Source: Spirochaetia bacterium (GTDB lineage: Bacteria; Spirochaetota; Spirochaetia; DSM-2461). Taken from it: 64,000 nucleotides of DNA. The position numbers and the translations under genes are program-made. The stretch lies in contig OY764216.1 of the NCBI GenBank assembly GCA_963668315.1, positions 2,432,001 through 2,496,000 on the forward strand, given 5' to 3'. This document shows, piece by piece, positions 38,069-47,061 of the stretch. Within the stretch, counting starts at the first letter, position 1; every line of letters starts with the position of its first letter. Under the pieces are notes generated by a model. That model had not been told where the DNA came from. It made no database searches and saw nothing but the letters and a program-made list of their open reading frames with translations.

Positions 38069-40117
38069 ATGGGAGAAAAATTAACAAGAAGAAACTTCCT
38101 TAAGGGCGCCGCAGGAGCTGTGGGGGCCGTCGCCATCGGCAGTCTGGCCGGATGTAAGCCGAATTATAAAGGGCTTTACACACCGGGAACCTACAAGGCC
38201 ACCGCCAGGGGAATAGGAGAGGTCAACGTGAGCATGACTTTCTCCGAGAGCAAAATCACCGATGTGGTTCTGGATGTATCACAGGAGACGGAGAATATCG
38301 GCCAGGCTGCGGCGGAGAGTCTGAAAAAAGCCATTATGGCTGCCCAGTCCTCCGACATTGATGCCGTATCCGGGGCGACCGTTACCTCCCACGCCGTAAA
38401 GAGCGCTGTGGATAACTGCATTGCCCAGGCGCGCGGAGAAAGCGTCGTTTCCACCGTAACGGGAGCTTCCGAAGAGGTAAAGGATGACGACTGGCTGGGA
38501 CAGGAGCCCCACATCGGTAAGATCGACGGGGTAAAAGAGTGTGATGTTCTGGTCGTCGGGGCCGGACTTTCGGGTATCTGTGCCGCCCGTTCCGCCGCAG
38601 AGGAAGGAGCCAAGGTTATTCTGATTGAAAAATCAAAAAGCTTTAACTGCCGTTCAGGGGAGTATGCCCTTCTTAACGGGACCCTGAACAAGAGATGGGG
38701 CCGTGAGAATATTGTAAGTGCAGATACGGTTGTCAACAGGGAGATGCACGAATCCACCTACCGATCAAAAAGATCGATTCACAGCCGGTGGGCCGAGGAG
38801 GCTCATGAAGTCATGGATTGGTTTATCGGTGCCTATCCGGATCTGACAATCTGCGATTCCACACGTCAGAAGGTAACTCAGGAGCAGTTTGACAAGGGTA
38901 TCCTCGTTCCCCTTTCCTGGCCTCTTCCCGAAAAGTACGACTATAAGGAAGAAGAATTTCCCACCTATCCCTCATCCATGGAGTTCCGTTCCAGCCGGAG
39001 GGATCAGCAGGGGTTTATGGTGGAAGCCCAGCTTAACGACGCAGTGAAAAACGGCACTGAAGTCATCTATGAGACATTCGGGCGCAAACTTCTTAAGGAC
39101 GAAGGCGGACGCGTTACCGGTGTCATAGCCGAAAAGGACGGTAAGTTCACACAATATAATGCGAAAAAGGGGGTCGTCCTGGCCACGGGAGACAATTCGG
39201 CCGACGAGAAAATCCTCAAGCACTTCACCCCTGAGATACTGGAAAAGAATATCGGCAGAATGGCCGCCATGGGTATGCTCGGCGTCGATGCCAAGGGAGA
39301 TCCCATCAGTACCGGAGACGGTCTGAGAATGGGGGCCTGGGCGGGAGCCAAGGTTCAGGACTACCATGCTCCCATGACTCATCATATGGGCGGCGGGAAT
39401 GTCGGCCAGACCGTGGGGGTCACCCCATTTCTTCAGCTGAACAAGCACGGGGAGCGCTTTATGAACGAGTGTATCCCCGGGCAGCAGCTGGAAAATCAGA
39501 TAGAGCTTCAGCCCGAACACACATCCTTTCAGATCTATGATGCCGACTGGGGAAAGCAGATTCCTTTCATGCCCGCCAACCACGGCGGATTGTGCTACAT
39601 CATCCCCGAAGAGGAAGACGAGAGCAACCCCAACTTCGCCGACCGGCAGTACACGAAAATCTCTGCCAAAGAGAAGGAAGGCTCCTACGATTTCAAAGCC
39701 GATTCGGTCGAAGATCTTCTTAAGCAGATAGGCTACGAAGGGAAGGCCTTTGAGAAAGCCCTGGCCTCCGTCAAACGGTATAACGAACTGGCGAAAAAGG
39801 GTGTTGACGAAGATTTCGGCAAGTCGGGCAAGAGAATGTTCGCTCTGGAGAAAGGGCCTTTCTATGCCAACCGCTGGGGAACCACGGTCATGCTGGTCTG
39901 CCTGGGGGGGCTGGAATCGGATGAAAACTGCCATACCTTTACGGCGGGATCTCCCGATAACCCGGCAAGGGATATTATCCCCGGACTTTATGTTACAGGT
40001 AATGTTCAGGGAAACCGGTTTTCCGTGGAGTATCCCATCTCCCTGCGGGGGATCAGCCACTCCATGTGTGTCTTCTACGGTTATGTGGCCGGGAAAAACG
40101 TCGTCAGAGAAGCTTGA
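38069..40117 (+). CDS. Tat-exported lipoprotein flavin reductase with FMN-binding and FAD_binding_2 domains
   Basis: TRRNFLK; SLAG-C lipobox; YTPGTYKATARG...DAVSGAT FMN_bind; VVGAGLSG; GERFMNE; IPGLYVTGN. Confidence 0.9.
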   Translation: MGEKLTRRNFLKGAAGAVGAVAIGSLAGCKPNYKGLYTPGTYKATARGIGEVNVSMTFSESKITDVVLDVSQETENIGQAAAESLKKAIMAAQSSDIDAVSGATVTSHAVKSAVDNCIAQARGESVVSTVTGASEEVKDDDWLGQEPHIGKIDGVKECDVLVVGAGLSGICAARSAAEEGAKVILIEKSKSFNCRSGEYALLNGTLNKRWGRENIVSADTVVNREMHESTYRSKRSIHSRWAEEAHEVMDWFIGAYPDLTICDSTRQKVTQEQFDKGILVPLSWPLPEKYDYKEEEFPTYPSSMEFRSSRRDQQGFMVEAQLNDAVKNGTEVIYETFGRKLLKDEGGRVTGVIAEKDGKFTQYNAKKGVVLATGDNSADEKILKHFTPEILEKNIGRMAAMGMLGVDAKGDPISTGDGLRMGAWAGAKVQDYHAPMTHHMGGGNVGQTVGVTPFLQLNKHGERFMNECIPGQQLENQIELQPEHTSFQIYDADWGKQIPFMPANHGGLCYIIPEEEDESNPNFADRQYTKISAKEKEGSYDFKADSVEDLLKQIGYEGKAFEKALASVKRYNELAKKGVDEDFGKSGKRMFALEKGPFYANRWGTTVMLVCLGGLESDENCHTFTAGSPDNPARDIIPGLYVTGNVQGNRFSVEYPISLRGISHSMCVFYGYVAGKNVVREA

Positions 40118-40236
40118 TAATTTCCCTATTAACGGGCTGTCCCCCCTCTGGGGACGGCCCCATCGAAGAAGAGAAAAAACCTTGAAATCTTCTTTGAAAA
40201 ATTGATTTTCCCCCTTTCTCTTACTACACTTTTACT

Positions 40237-41247
40237 ATGGGGAGAAACATTACCGAAATAATCGTACTTTTTTTCTTTACCGCCTTGCTCGGAGCTCAGC
40301 CGGTTATGAGAATTTCCGTGGAGAACACTCCCAGCCATGTTCAGACCAGGGCGGTGGAACGGTTTGCTGAAAAACTGCAGGAGCGGCTGGAGGGCAGGCT
40401 CACCATAGAGTTTTATTCCGGAGCCGCCCTGTTCAGGGATCAGGATGTCTTCGGGGGAATGGCCCGGGGACGGGTGGAAATGGCGGTTCCGGGTACCTGG
40501 CAGATAGATAGGAGAATACCCGAGGCCGGGCTATTTCTGCTCCCTGAATTTTACGGCCTGGGCCCCTGGTTGAATTACCAGGTTATGGCAAGTCCCCTCG
40601 GTGATTTGATAAATAACAGAATAGAGGACGGCTTGGGTGTTAAGGTTCTCGGCGACTGGATTGATCTGGGCCCGGCCCAGCTGTTCAGCTGCGGCGACTC
40701 CTTTGAAAGCTATGACGATATAGCAAACCGGCGTATCCGGGTCGCCGGGGGAGTGGGAAACCAGCTGCGTATCTCCCTCCTGGGAGGAGAACCGATGGTC
40801 ATCGCCTTTCCCGATCTCCCTTTTTTTCTCAACCAGGGAAAGGCCGACGGCGTTTTGACCACCTATGAATCCGTACAGAGCGCCTCCCTGTGGGATTACG
40901 GCATTAACAGCGTTTTTGAGGATAACCAGTATTTCGGCCAGTATGTCCCCATGATAGCCGAAGAGTTCTGGAGCCGGCTTCCCGAAGATATCCGGATCAT
41001 TCTCATCGAGACCTGGCAGGAAGGGGTCGGAACGGCCCGGGCCGAAGCCGCGGAGGCGCAGATCCGTGCCAAAGAGCTGTTTATCCGCTCCGGGGGGCAG
41101 GTCTTTGTCCCTTCCCATGACTATCTTGCTCAGAAGAGAGCCGAACTTGTCGAAGGCAGTCCCCAAATCGCCCGGGACATCGGTATTTCCGAAGAAGTGT
41201 ATTCCATGCTGGAAAAATTCGTCGGCACAGAGGGGGACAATCCATGA
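40237..41247 (+). CDS. TRAP transporter substrate-binding protein (DctP-like), orphan
   Basis: Signal peptide; FAEKLQERLEGRLTIEFYSGAALF; RRIRVAG; LNQGKADG; FWSRLPEDIR. Confidence 0.82.
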   Translation: MGRNITEIIVLFFFTALLGAQPVMRISVENTPSHVQTRAVERFAEKLQERLEGRLTIEFYSGAALFRDQDVFGGMARGRVEMAVPGTWQIDRRIPEAGLFLLPEFYGLGPWLNYQVMASPLGDLINNRIEDGLGVKVLGDWIDLGPAQLFSCGDSFESYDDIANRRIRVAGGVGNQLRISLLGGEPMVIAFPDLPFFLNQGKADGVLTTYESVQSASLWDYGINSVFEDNQYFGQYVPMIAEEFWSRLPEDIRIILIETWQEGVGTARAEAAEAQIRAKELFIRSGGQVFVPSHDYLAQKRAELVEGSPQIARDIGISEEVYSMLEKFVGTEGDNP

Positions 41248-42776
41248 AGCCGGCGGGGTTCAGGGGACGACCGGGCGAAGGTCCCCCGCTGATTCTTCTA
41301 GCTCTTCTCCCTCTTTTGATAGGGGCGGGAATCTTTATCACCATGCTTAATGGATTCAGCCGTTACAGGGACCGGCTCTGCGAAGGAATGAAAAGCACGT
41401 CCCAGCTGCACGGCAGACTTGTGGCGGAACAGATACGGGGCAGGCTCTCCTCCCTGGACCTTCTCCTTTTGATGCTGGAGAACCGTTCACTCCGGTATAA
41501 TCTTTCCGAAGAGGAAAACTCACGGCAGTTTTACCGATATCTCAAAAACCGGGCCCTGCTTCTGACGCCGGTCAATCAAATCTTTATGCTCGATTCCGGG
41601 GGACGGATGAAATACACCACCGATGCAAAACCACCCTGCGAAGAGTGCCGCCGTTTGTATGAGGGATTGATGTTCAGCCACGTAGATCAGCTTCTCTCCT
41701 TTGCCGTTATGCCCTGGATCAGGGAAAATGAATCCTACCTTGTCATGAGCCGGAGAATTGATAATCCCGACGGCAGTCTGGCGGGCATCCTGGCGGCTGA
41801 GATTTCTGAAACCATGCTCTTCGATGATATTGAGTATTCCGACTCCATGATACTCAGCAATGCCGTCCTCTTTAATGAAGAGGCCCGTGTCTTTGCCGCT
41901 ATCCGGGCTGACGGGGCTGAAGGGGAGAGGGAAGGCCTGTACTCCTGCCTCGGCATTACCCGGGAGGAGCTGGAGGAATCGGGGGTTAGCGGAATGGTAG
42001 GCGGTATCGCCACCGTTTTTTCCGGCGATCATCTGACCACTCTGATACAGATCAAGGACTTCAGTTTTCAACTGGGCCTCCGCTACGATATGAGTCCCCA
42101 GCTGGAAATATGGAGGCAGCGCCGTCTGATCAGCCTATCCGTCGTGATCATCGGGACGTGGGTTATCTTGCTTTTCACCATCGCCGTCATCAGGCTGATC
42201 GGGGAGAAGCAGAAGGTAAGGGCGGAGATGATGGAGAACCTTGAGCATATGGTGGAGGAACGGACGGCGGAACTGAATGCGGCTCTTCTCAGGATTGAGA
42301 GGCTGGTGTCCTACGATCCCCTTACCGACGCCCTGAACCGGAGGGGCATGTTAAAACTGCTGGAACAGAATTATGCCCGGGTACAACGATACGGCGGCTC
42401 CTTTACGCTGGTGATGTGTGATATCGACTATTTCAAGAAAATCAACGACACCTTCGGCCATGAAGAGGGGGACAGGGCTCTCTGCTATGCCGTGGGACTG
42501 TTGAAAGAGAGATTGCGGAAGAGCGATCAGATCTCACGGTGGGGAGGGGAGGAATTTCTTATTTATTATCCCGAGCTGGAGCATGATAAGGCTTTAAGGC
42601 TGACGGATAAACTGCGCAAGGCCTTTGAAGAACATCCCTGGAGAGAGGATAATGCCATGACTTGCAGTTTCGGTGTTGCCTCTTTACAGGAGAATGAGGA
42701 TTTGGAATCCCTCATCAGGCGGGCCGATACCGCCATGTACCGGGCAAAGAAGAAAAGGAATTCCGTTTCCGAATAG
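41244..42776 (+). CDS. Membrane diguanylate cyclase with a periplasmic Cache-like sensor
   Basis: Two TM; DPLTDALNRR; DIDYFKKINDTFGH; I-site RKSD; GGEEF. Confidence 0.92.
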   Translation: MKPAGFRGRPGEGPPLILLALLPLLIGAGIFITMLNGFSRYRDRLCEGMKSTSQLHGRLVAEQIRGRLSSLDLLLLMLENRSLRYNLSEEENSRQFYRYLKNRALLLTPVNQIFMLDSGGRMKYTTDAKPPCEECRRLYEGLMFSHVDQLLSFAVMPWIRENESYLVMSRRIDNPDGSLAGILAAEISETMLFDDIEYSDSMILSNAVLFNEEARVFAAIRADGAEGEREGLYSCLGITREELEESGVSGMVGGIATVFSGDHLTTLIQIKDFSFQLGLRYDMSPQLEIWRQRRLISLSVVIIGTWVILLFTIAVIRLIGEKQKVRAEMMENLEHMVEERTAELNAALLRIERLVSYDPLTDALNRRGMLKLLEQNYARVQRYGGSFTLVMCDIDYFKKINDTFGHEEGDRALCYAVGLLKERLRKSDQISRWGGEEFLIYYPELEHDKALRLTDKLRKAFEEHPWREDNAMTCSFGVASLQENEDLESLIRRADTAMYRAKKKRNSVSE

Positions 42777-42784
42777 GCGGGAAG

Positions 42785-42817
42785 AAAAAAAAGGCTGCCC
42801 CGTCGGGGACAGCCTTT
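42785..42817. terminator. Probable bidirectional terminator
   Basis: A-run, then GGCTGCCCC-GTC-GGGGACAGCC, then TTT, between convergent genes. Confidence 0.7.
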
Positions 42818-42834
42818 GTCAGTATCGGTTGTAC

Positions 42835-43554
42835 TTAGCGCTTAACAGCTGTGAGTACACCCTTGGCGGAAAGGGTATTTCCGGTCAGAGCAAACTGCAG
42901 ATCTCCGTCCCAGAAATACATGGAGGCGGGATCGGCACCGATTTTCATAACATCCGATGACCAGACCTTACCGAAATCCACGCCCCGGGCGGTTCCGTCG
43001 GAGGAAAATGCCGCTTCCAGTTCCTGGGGGGTACCGATCTTACGGGCTACCATATCCCCGTTGGGCAGGGAAAGAACGCCGTTCTTGTCGGTGGTGAATT
43101 TGTAAGCCGTACCTCTGTGTACATACTGGATGGTAATTGTTCCGTCCGAAGCTTTTACCGCATTCAGGTTGTCGCCTTTTGTCTGCTCGCCGCTGTTACA
43201 GCCAAAAAGGAAAAGTCCCCTCAGACCGGAAGTCATGGTCTCCTTGGCTTCCACATCGTAGAGATACATCATGAAAAGATGGGTGGAACCGGCGGCGGAA
43301 GCTCCCGAAACGGCATCGTAACTGTCTTCGGCAGCCATGTATCTTACGTTGCCTTTCCAGTTAAAATGGTTCTCCGAAGCGTTTCCGGCCAGACTTACCT
43401 GATAATCAATCGTCAGGTCTTCCGAACCGTCAGAGACAGCTGCGGAAGGCTGGGCTGCTGCGGGAGCAGAAGCCATTTCAGGCTTCGGGGCACACGAAGC
43501 CAATACAACTAACATAACAGTGGTGAGAAAAAATAGTTTTTTCATCATATACAT
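42835..43554 (-). CDS. Uncharacterised lipoprotein with a putative flavinylation motif
   Basis: MKKLFFLTTVMLVVLAS-C lipobox; Ala/Pro/Ser linker; DAVSGAS at 43297-43317. Confidence 0.78.
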   Translation of the reverse strand: MYMMKKLFFLTTVMLVVLASCAPKPEMASAPAAAQPSAAVSDGSEDLTIDYQVSLAGNASENHFNWKGNVRYMAAEDSYDAVSGASAAGSTHLFMMYLYDVEAKETMTSGLRGLFLFGCNSGEQTKGDNLNAVKASDGTITIQYVHRGTAYKFTTDKNGVLSLPNGDMVARKIGTPQELEAAFSSDGTARGVDFGKVWSSDVMKIGADPASMYFWDGDLQFALTGNTLSAKGVLTAVKR

Positions 43555-43736
43555 TCTCCTTTATATTTATTTTAAACACTACATCTGGCCTAGTCAATTT
43601 TTAATTGTCTTTTATTAGCTAAAAATATCTATAAAAATAGTAGTAAATCAGATCGTGCGGGGAAATTTTCAGGAAATGGATGATTTTCCACATTTTCGTA
43701 TTGAATTCTTCGAATCGATAAATTATTATTGAAAAA

Positions 43737-43760
43737 GTTCACAGAATTGATTCGGTGAAC
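43737..43760. promoter_or_regulatory. Palindromic operator (TetR-like) upstream of the reductase
   Basis: GTTCACAGAAT-TG-ATTCGGTGAAC (10/11 arms), 29 bp before the ATG, in a divergent intergenic region. Confidence 0.6.
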
Positions 43761-43789
43761 AAAATTCTGTTAGTTAAAGAGGAAGAGAA

Positions 43790-45571
43790 ATGAAACGATT
43801 TATCCCGTTTTTCATGGCAGCTGTGATGGCTGTCACTTTGATGGGCTGCGGAAGTAAGGTATCCTTTACTCCCGGTACGTACCAGGGGGGAGCTCCCGGT
43901 ATTCACGGAGAAGATGTTGTTCTTGAAGTAACCGTGGACAAGAAGGAAATCAAGGAAATTAAAGTTATTCAGAATCATGAGACACCCGGTGTCTCCGATG
44001 CTGCCTTCGACAGGATTCCCAAAGCTATTATCAAGGGCCAGACCCTGGCCGTAGATACCGTAGCCGGTGCCACCTACTCCAGCAACGCCATTCTCGGGGC
44101 TGTGAAAGAAGCCCTCGAAGCGGCCGGTGCCGACCTCAGCCTTCTTGTCAGTGAAGCCGAGGAAGCCGATGCCGTTACCGCTGCAACGGAAGTTCTTAAT
44201 GCCGATATCGTTATCATCGGTGCCGGCGGTGCCGGTCTTGCCGCTGCTGTTTCCGCCAATCAGAACGGCGCCAGCGTCATCGTATTTGAAAAGATGCCCC
44301 AGGTCGGCGGTAACACGATCATTTCCGGCTCCGCCTTCAATGCGGCCGACCCCTCCCGCCAGATTCCCCAGGGCATCGAAGACTCTCCCGAGAAGCATTT
44401 CGAGCAGACCCTTAAGGGCGGAGACAACATGGGCGACCCCGTACTGGTGAAAACTCTTACCGATAACGCCTATCCCACTCTCCAGTGGCTGGAAAGTCTG
44501 GGCATGGAGTTCAAAGACCATGTCTTTACCGTTCTCGGCGGTCTCTGGCCCCGTGCGCACAAGCCTGTTATGCCCCTCGGTACGGGTTACCTGAAAACCT
44601 ATATGGATTATGTTAACTCCCACGACGGCATTACCGTTCTCACCGACACCAAAGCCACCGATATCTATCTGGAAGATGACGGCTCCGGTGTGAAAAGAGC
44701 CAGCGTTGTCAAGGCACAGGGCCTGAACGGTACCGTTGTTGCTCAGGGCCACAAGGCCGTTATCATCGCTACCGGCGGTTTCGGTGCCAGCGTCGAGCTG
44801 AGAGAGAAGTACAACAAGCACTGGCCCTCTCTGGCTAATATCGGAACCACGAACCATCCCGGCGCTACCGGTGACGGTCTGGCTCTGGCCGAAGCTGTCA
44901 ACGCCGATCTTGTAGGTCTCGAGTACATCCAGCTCCTCCCCATGGGAGACCCCGTTACGGGAAGTCTTTCCGGAAACATCGAGCAGGCCGTTGAAAACCG
45001 TATCTTCATCAACAAGGACGGTAACCGCTTCGTTGATGAGGGCGAGAGAAGAGACGTTATGACCCGGGCTCTTTTTGAGCAGGAAGATACCTTCATGTGG
45101 ATCGTTCTGGATTCTCACAACTATCCCACCATGGATACGAAGAACAACTTCAACGAAACCATTCAGGAACTCGTTGACCAGAACAGAGCTGTCATGGCCG
45201 ATACCCTTGACGAGCTTGCCGAGAAGATGAACGTTCCCGCCGAAAACCTCAAAGCCGCCGTTGCCGAGTTCAACGCCGCTGTGGAAACGGGCGGACCCGA
45301 TTCATTCGGCAGAACTCTTTTTCAGTACAAGATGGATACGCCTCCCTATTTCGCCGGAGGAAGAATGCCCACCGTACACCACACCATGGGCGGTATCAAG
45401 ATCAATGAGAAAGCTCAGGTTATCGATAAGGAAGGCAACGTGATTCCCGGTCTGTATGCCGCCGGTGAAGCCACCGGAGGAATCCACGGAACCAACAGGC
45501 TCGGTGGAAACGCTCTGGCCGATATCAACGTATTCGGTAAGATCGCCGGCGCCAACGCCGCGGCGGAATAA
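43790..45571 (+). CDS. Sec lipoprotein FMN_bind plus flavocytochrome-c-type reductase (urocanate reductase-like)
   Basis: LMG-C lipobox; DTVAGAT; IIGAGGAG; FVDEGERRD; PTVHHTMGG; GIHGTNRLGGNAL; YIQLLP where fumarate reductases have YIQxHP. Confidence 0.88.
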   Translation: MKRFIPFFMAAVMAVTLMGCGSKVSFTPGTYQGGAPGIHGEDVVLEVTVDKKEIKEIKVIQNHETPGVSDAAFDRIPKAIIKGQTLAVDTVAGATYSSNAILGAVKEALEAAGADLSLLVSEAEEADAVTAATEVLNADIVIIGAGGAGLAAAVSANQNGASVIVFEKMPQVGGNTIISGSAFNAADPSRQIPQGIEDSPEKHFEQTLKGGDNMGDPVLVKTLTDNAYPTLQWLESLGMEFKDHVFTVLGGLWPRAHKPVMPLGTGYLKTYMDYVNSHDGITVLTDTKATDIYLEDDGSGVKRASVVKAQGLNGTVVAQGHKAVIIATGGFGASVELREKYNKHWPSLANIGTTNHPGATGDGLALAEAVNADLVGLEYIQLLPMGDPVTGSLSGNIEQAVENRIFINKDGNRFVDEGERRDVMTRALFEQEDTFMWIVLDSHNYPTMDTKNNFNETIQELVDQNRAVMADTLDELAEKMNVPAENLKAAVAEFNAAVETGGPDSFGRTLFQYKMDTPPYFAGGRMPTVHHTMGGIKINEKAQVIDKEGNVIPGLYAAGEATGGIHGTNRLGGNALADINVFGKIAGANAAAE

Positions 45572-45602
45572 TCCTGCCAGATACAGACGTTAGATAGAAA
45601 CG

Positions 45603-45634
45603 GCGCCGTTCCTTCGGGGACGGCGCTTTTTTTT
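45603..45634 (+). terminator. Rho-independent terminator
   Basis: GCGCCGTTCC-TTCG-GGGACGGCGC followed by T8. Confidence 0.85.
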
Positions 45635-45666
45635 GCCCCCGGATAAGTCCCGGAGGGCGGGAATTC

Positions 45667-46311
45667 CTATTTTTCCATGCCGAGCAGCAGATTGTTCAGA
45701 ATGAACGTCATGCGGTTTCTCAGGTCAAATTTACCGTCATGGAGGCACCAGTGGAAGACGACTCCCCTCGCGCATATGAAGATGCTTTCACAGATCTCCT
45801 CGGGAGGGAGGGAGGAGGAGAACCTCTCTTCCCTTACCGCCCTGTCTATCAGGCCGGTTAATCTGGTCTGCATGGGACGTCCTTTACGGACAAAGGTTTT
45901 GTTCATATGGGTAAAGAAAATTTTCGTGAAGTCCAGTCCTGTATCAAGAATCAGGTCGGTATAGGAGTCCATATATTCCAGAATAAGCTCCCGGCCCGAA
46001 TCGCCCGAATCTTCCTTTCCCGCCCAGGCTTCAAAGTTCCTGTCGGCCATGAAGAATGTGTCGTCCAGGATGCTTTCCTTCGAAGGATAGTGGTGGTAGA
46101 AGGCTCCTACGGAACAGGATGCCTTACGGCAGATTTCTGTGATTTTCGTGTTTTCGAAACCCTTTTCAGTAAACAGCTGAATGGCGGTTTCATAGATCTT
46201 CTTCTTGGATTTCTCCGCCTGAAGCTCTCTTGATGTTTTTACTTTTTCCAGAATCTCTGCCATGGGGCTATTTTCCTGTTTTTCCTTTTTTTTGACAATG
46301 ACTATCGTCAT
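45667..46311 (-). CDS. TetR-family regulator
   Basis: IYETAIQLFTEKGFENTKITEICRKASCSVGAFYHHYPSKESI; an alternative start lies at 46263. Confidence 0.92.
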   Translation of the reverse strand: MTIVIVKKKEKQENSPMAEILEKVKTSRELQAEKSKKKIYETAIQLFTEKGFENTKITEICRKASCSVGAFYHHYPSKESILDDTFFMADRNFEAWAGKEDSGDSGRELILEYMDSYTDLILDTGLDFTKIFFTHMNKTFVRKGRPMQTRLTGLIDRAVREERFSSSLPPEEICESIFICARGVVFHWCLHDGKFDLRNRMTFILNNLLLGMEK

Positions 46312-46317
46312 ATTTTT

Positions 46318-47061
46318 CTATTGACCTGCGTCAATCATTTCCTGCAGCGCCGCTTTTGCCAGGGAAAATTCCATCCCGATCTCAAGACAGTAATCCCTGA
46401 CGGCCATGCTCCTGGTCCCCGGGTCGATCCCTCCCAGAGCGTCCCTGACCTGCTCCTCTGTCAGTCCCCAGGAATAGAGATCCGCAAAGGTGGTTTTCCC
46501 CTTGACGGTCATATCCGTTTCCTCCGCCTCTTCATGGCTTATTTCGGCTGCATCCGCTTCCGCCACGTCCTTCAGCTCTTCCAGGGATACGATCATGGGC
46601 GTCAGTTCCTCTATCATCTCCTCCGAAAGAGAGGCCTCTTTCTTGAGGATATTGAAGGCCGGCTGGGGGAGACCCGTATCCTCTTCCGGCGTATAGGGCA
46701 GTCCCAGATAGAGGGCTACGAAGAGTCTCAGACTGTCCGTCCCGATCTCCCGCCCGTCCACGATACCGTATACTTCCTCGAAAAGTTTGGCCTGCACCGA
46801 GGCGGGATCTTCCGCTTCGGAGAACCCGAAGGCCTTAGCCGTTGTCTCCACGGGAATGGAGAAGGCTGTCTCAATGTCACCGAAGGAGTAGGAGCCCCGA
46901 ATGTCCGCCGGATTGTACTGGCCCGCGAATTCTCCCGTTTCGAAACGGACCGGTTCCTTGGAACTTTCGGTGCTCCAGTATCCGCTTATCATGGTGGACC
47001 CGATTCCCAGAAGGAAAAAGGCAGGCAGTACGACTGCGGCTGTTTTTGCTGATATTCTCAT
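46318..47061 (-). CDS. Membrane-anchored acidic hypothetical protein, partner of the 4Fe-4S protein
   Basis: One N-terminal TM; start overlaps the upstream stop; possible internal repeat DIRGSYSFGDI / TVKGKTTFADL. Confidence 0.75.
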   Translation of the reverse strand: MRISAKTAAVVLPAFFLLGIGSTMISGYWSTESSKEPVRFETGEFAGQYNPADIRGSYSFGDIETAFSIPVETTAKAFGFSEAEDPASVQAKLFEEVYGIVDGREIGTDSLRLFVALYLGLPYTPEEDTGLPQPAFNILKKEASLSEEMIEELTPMIVSLEELKDVAEADAAEISHEEAEETDMTVKGKTTFADLYSWGLTEEQVRDALGGIDPGTRSMAVRDYCLEIGMEFSLAKAALQEMIDAGQ

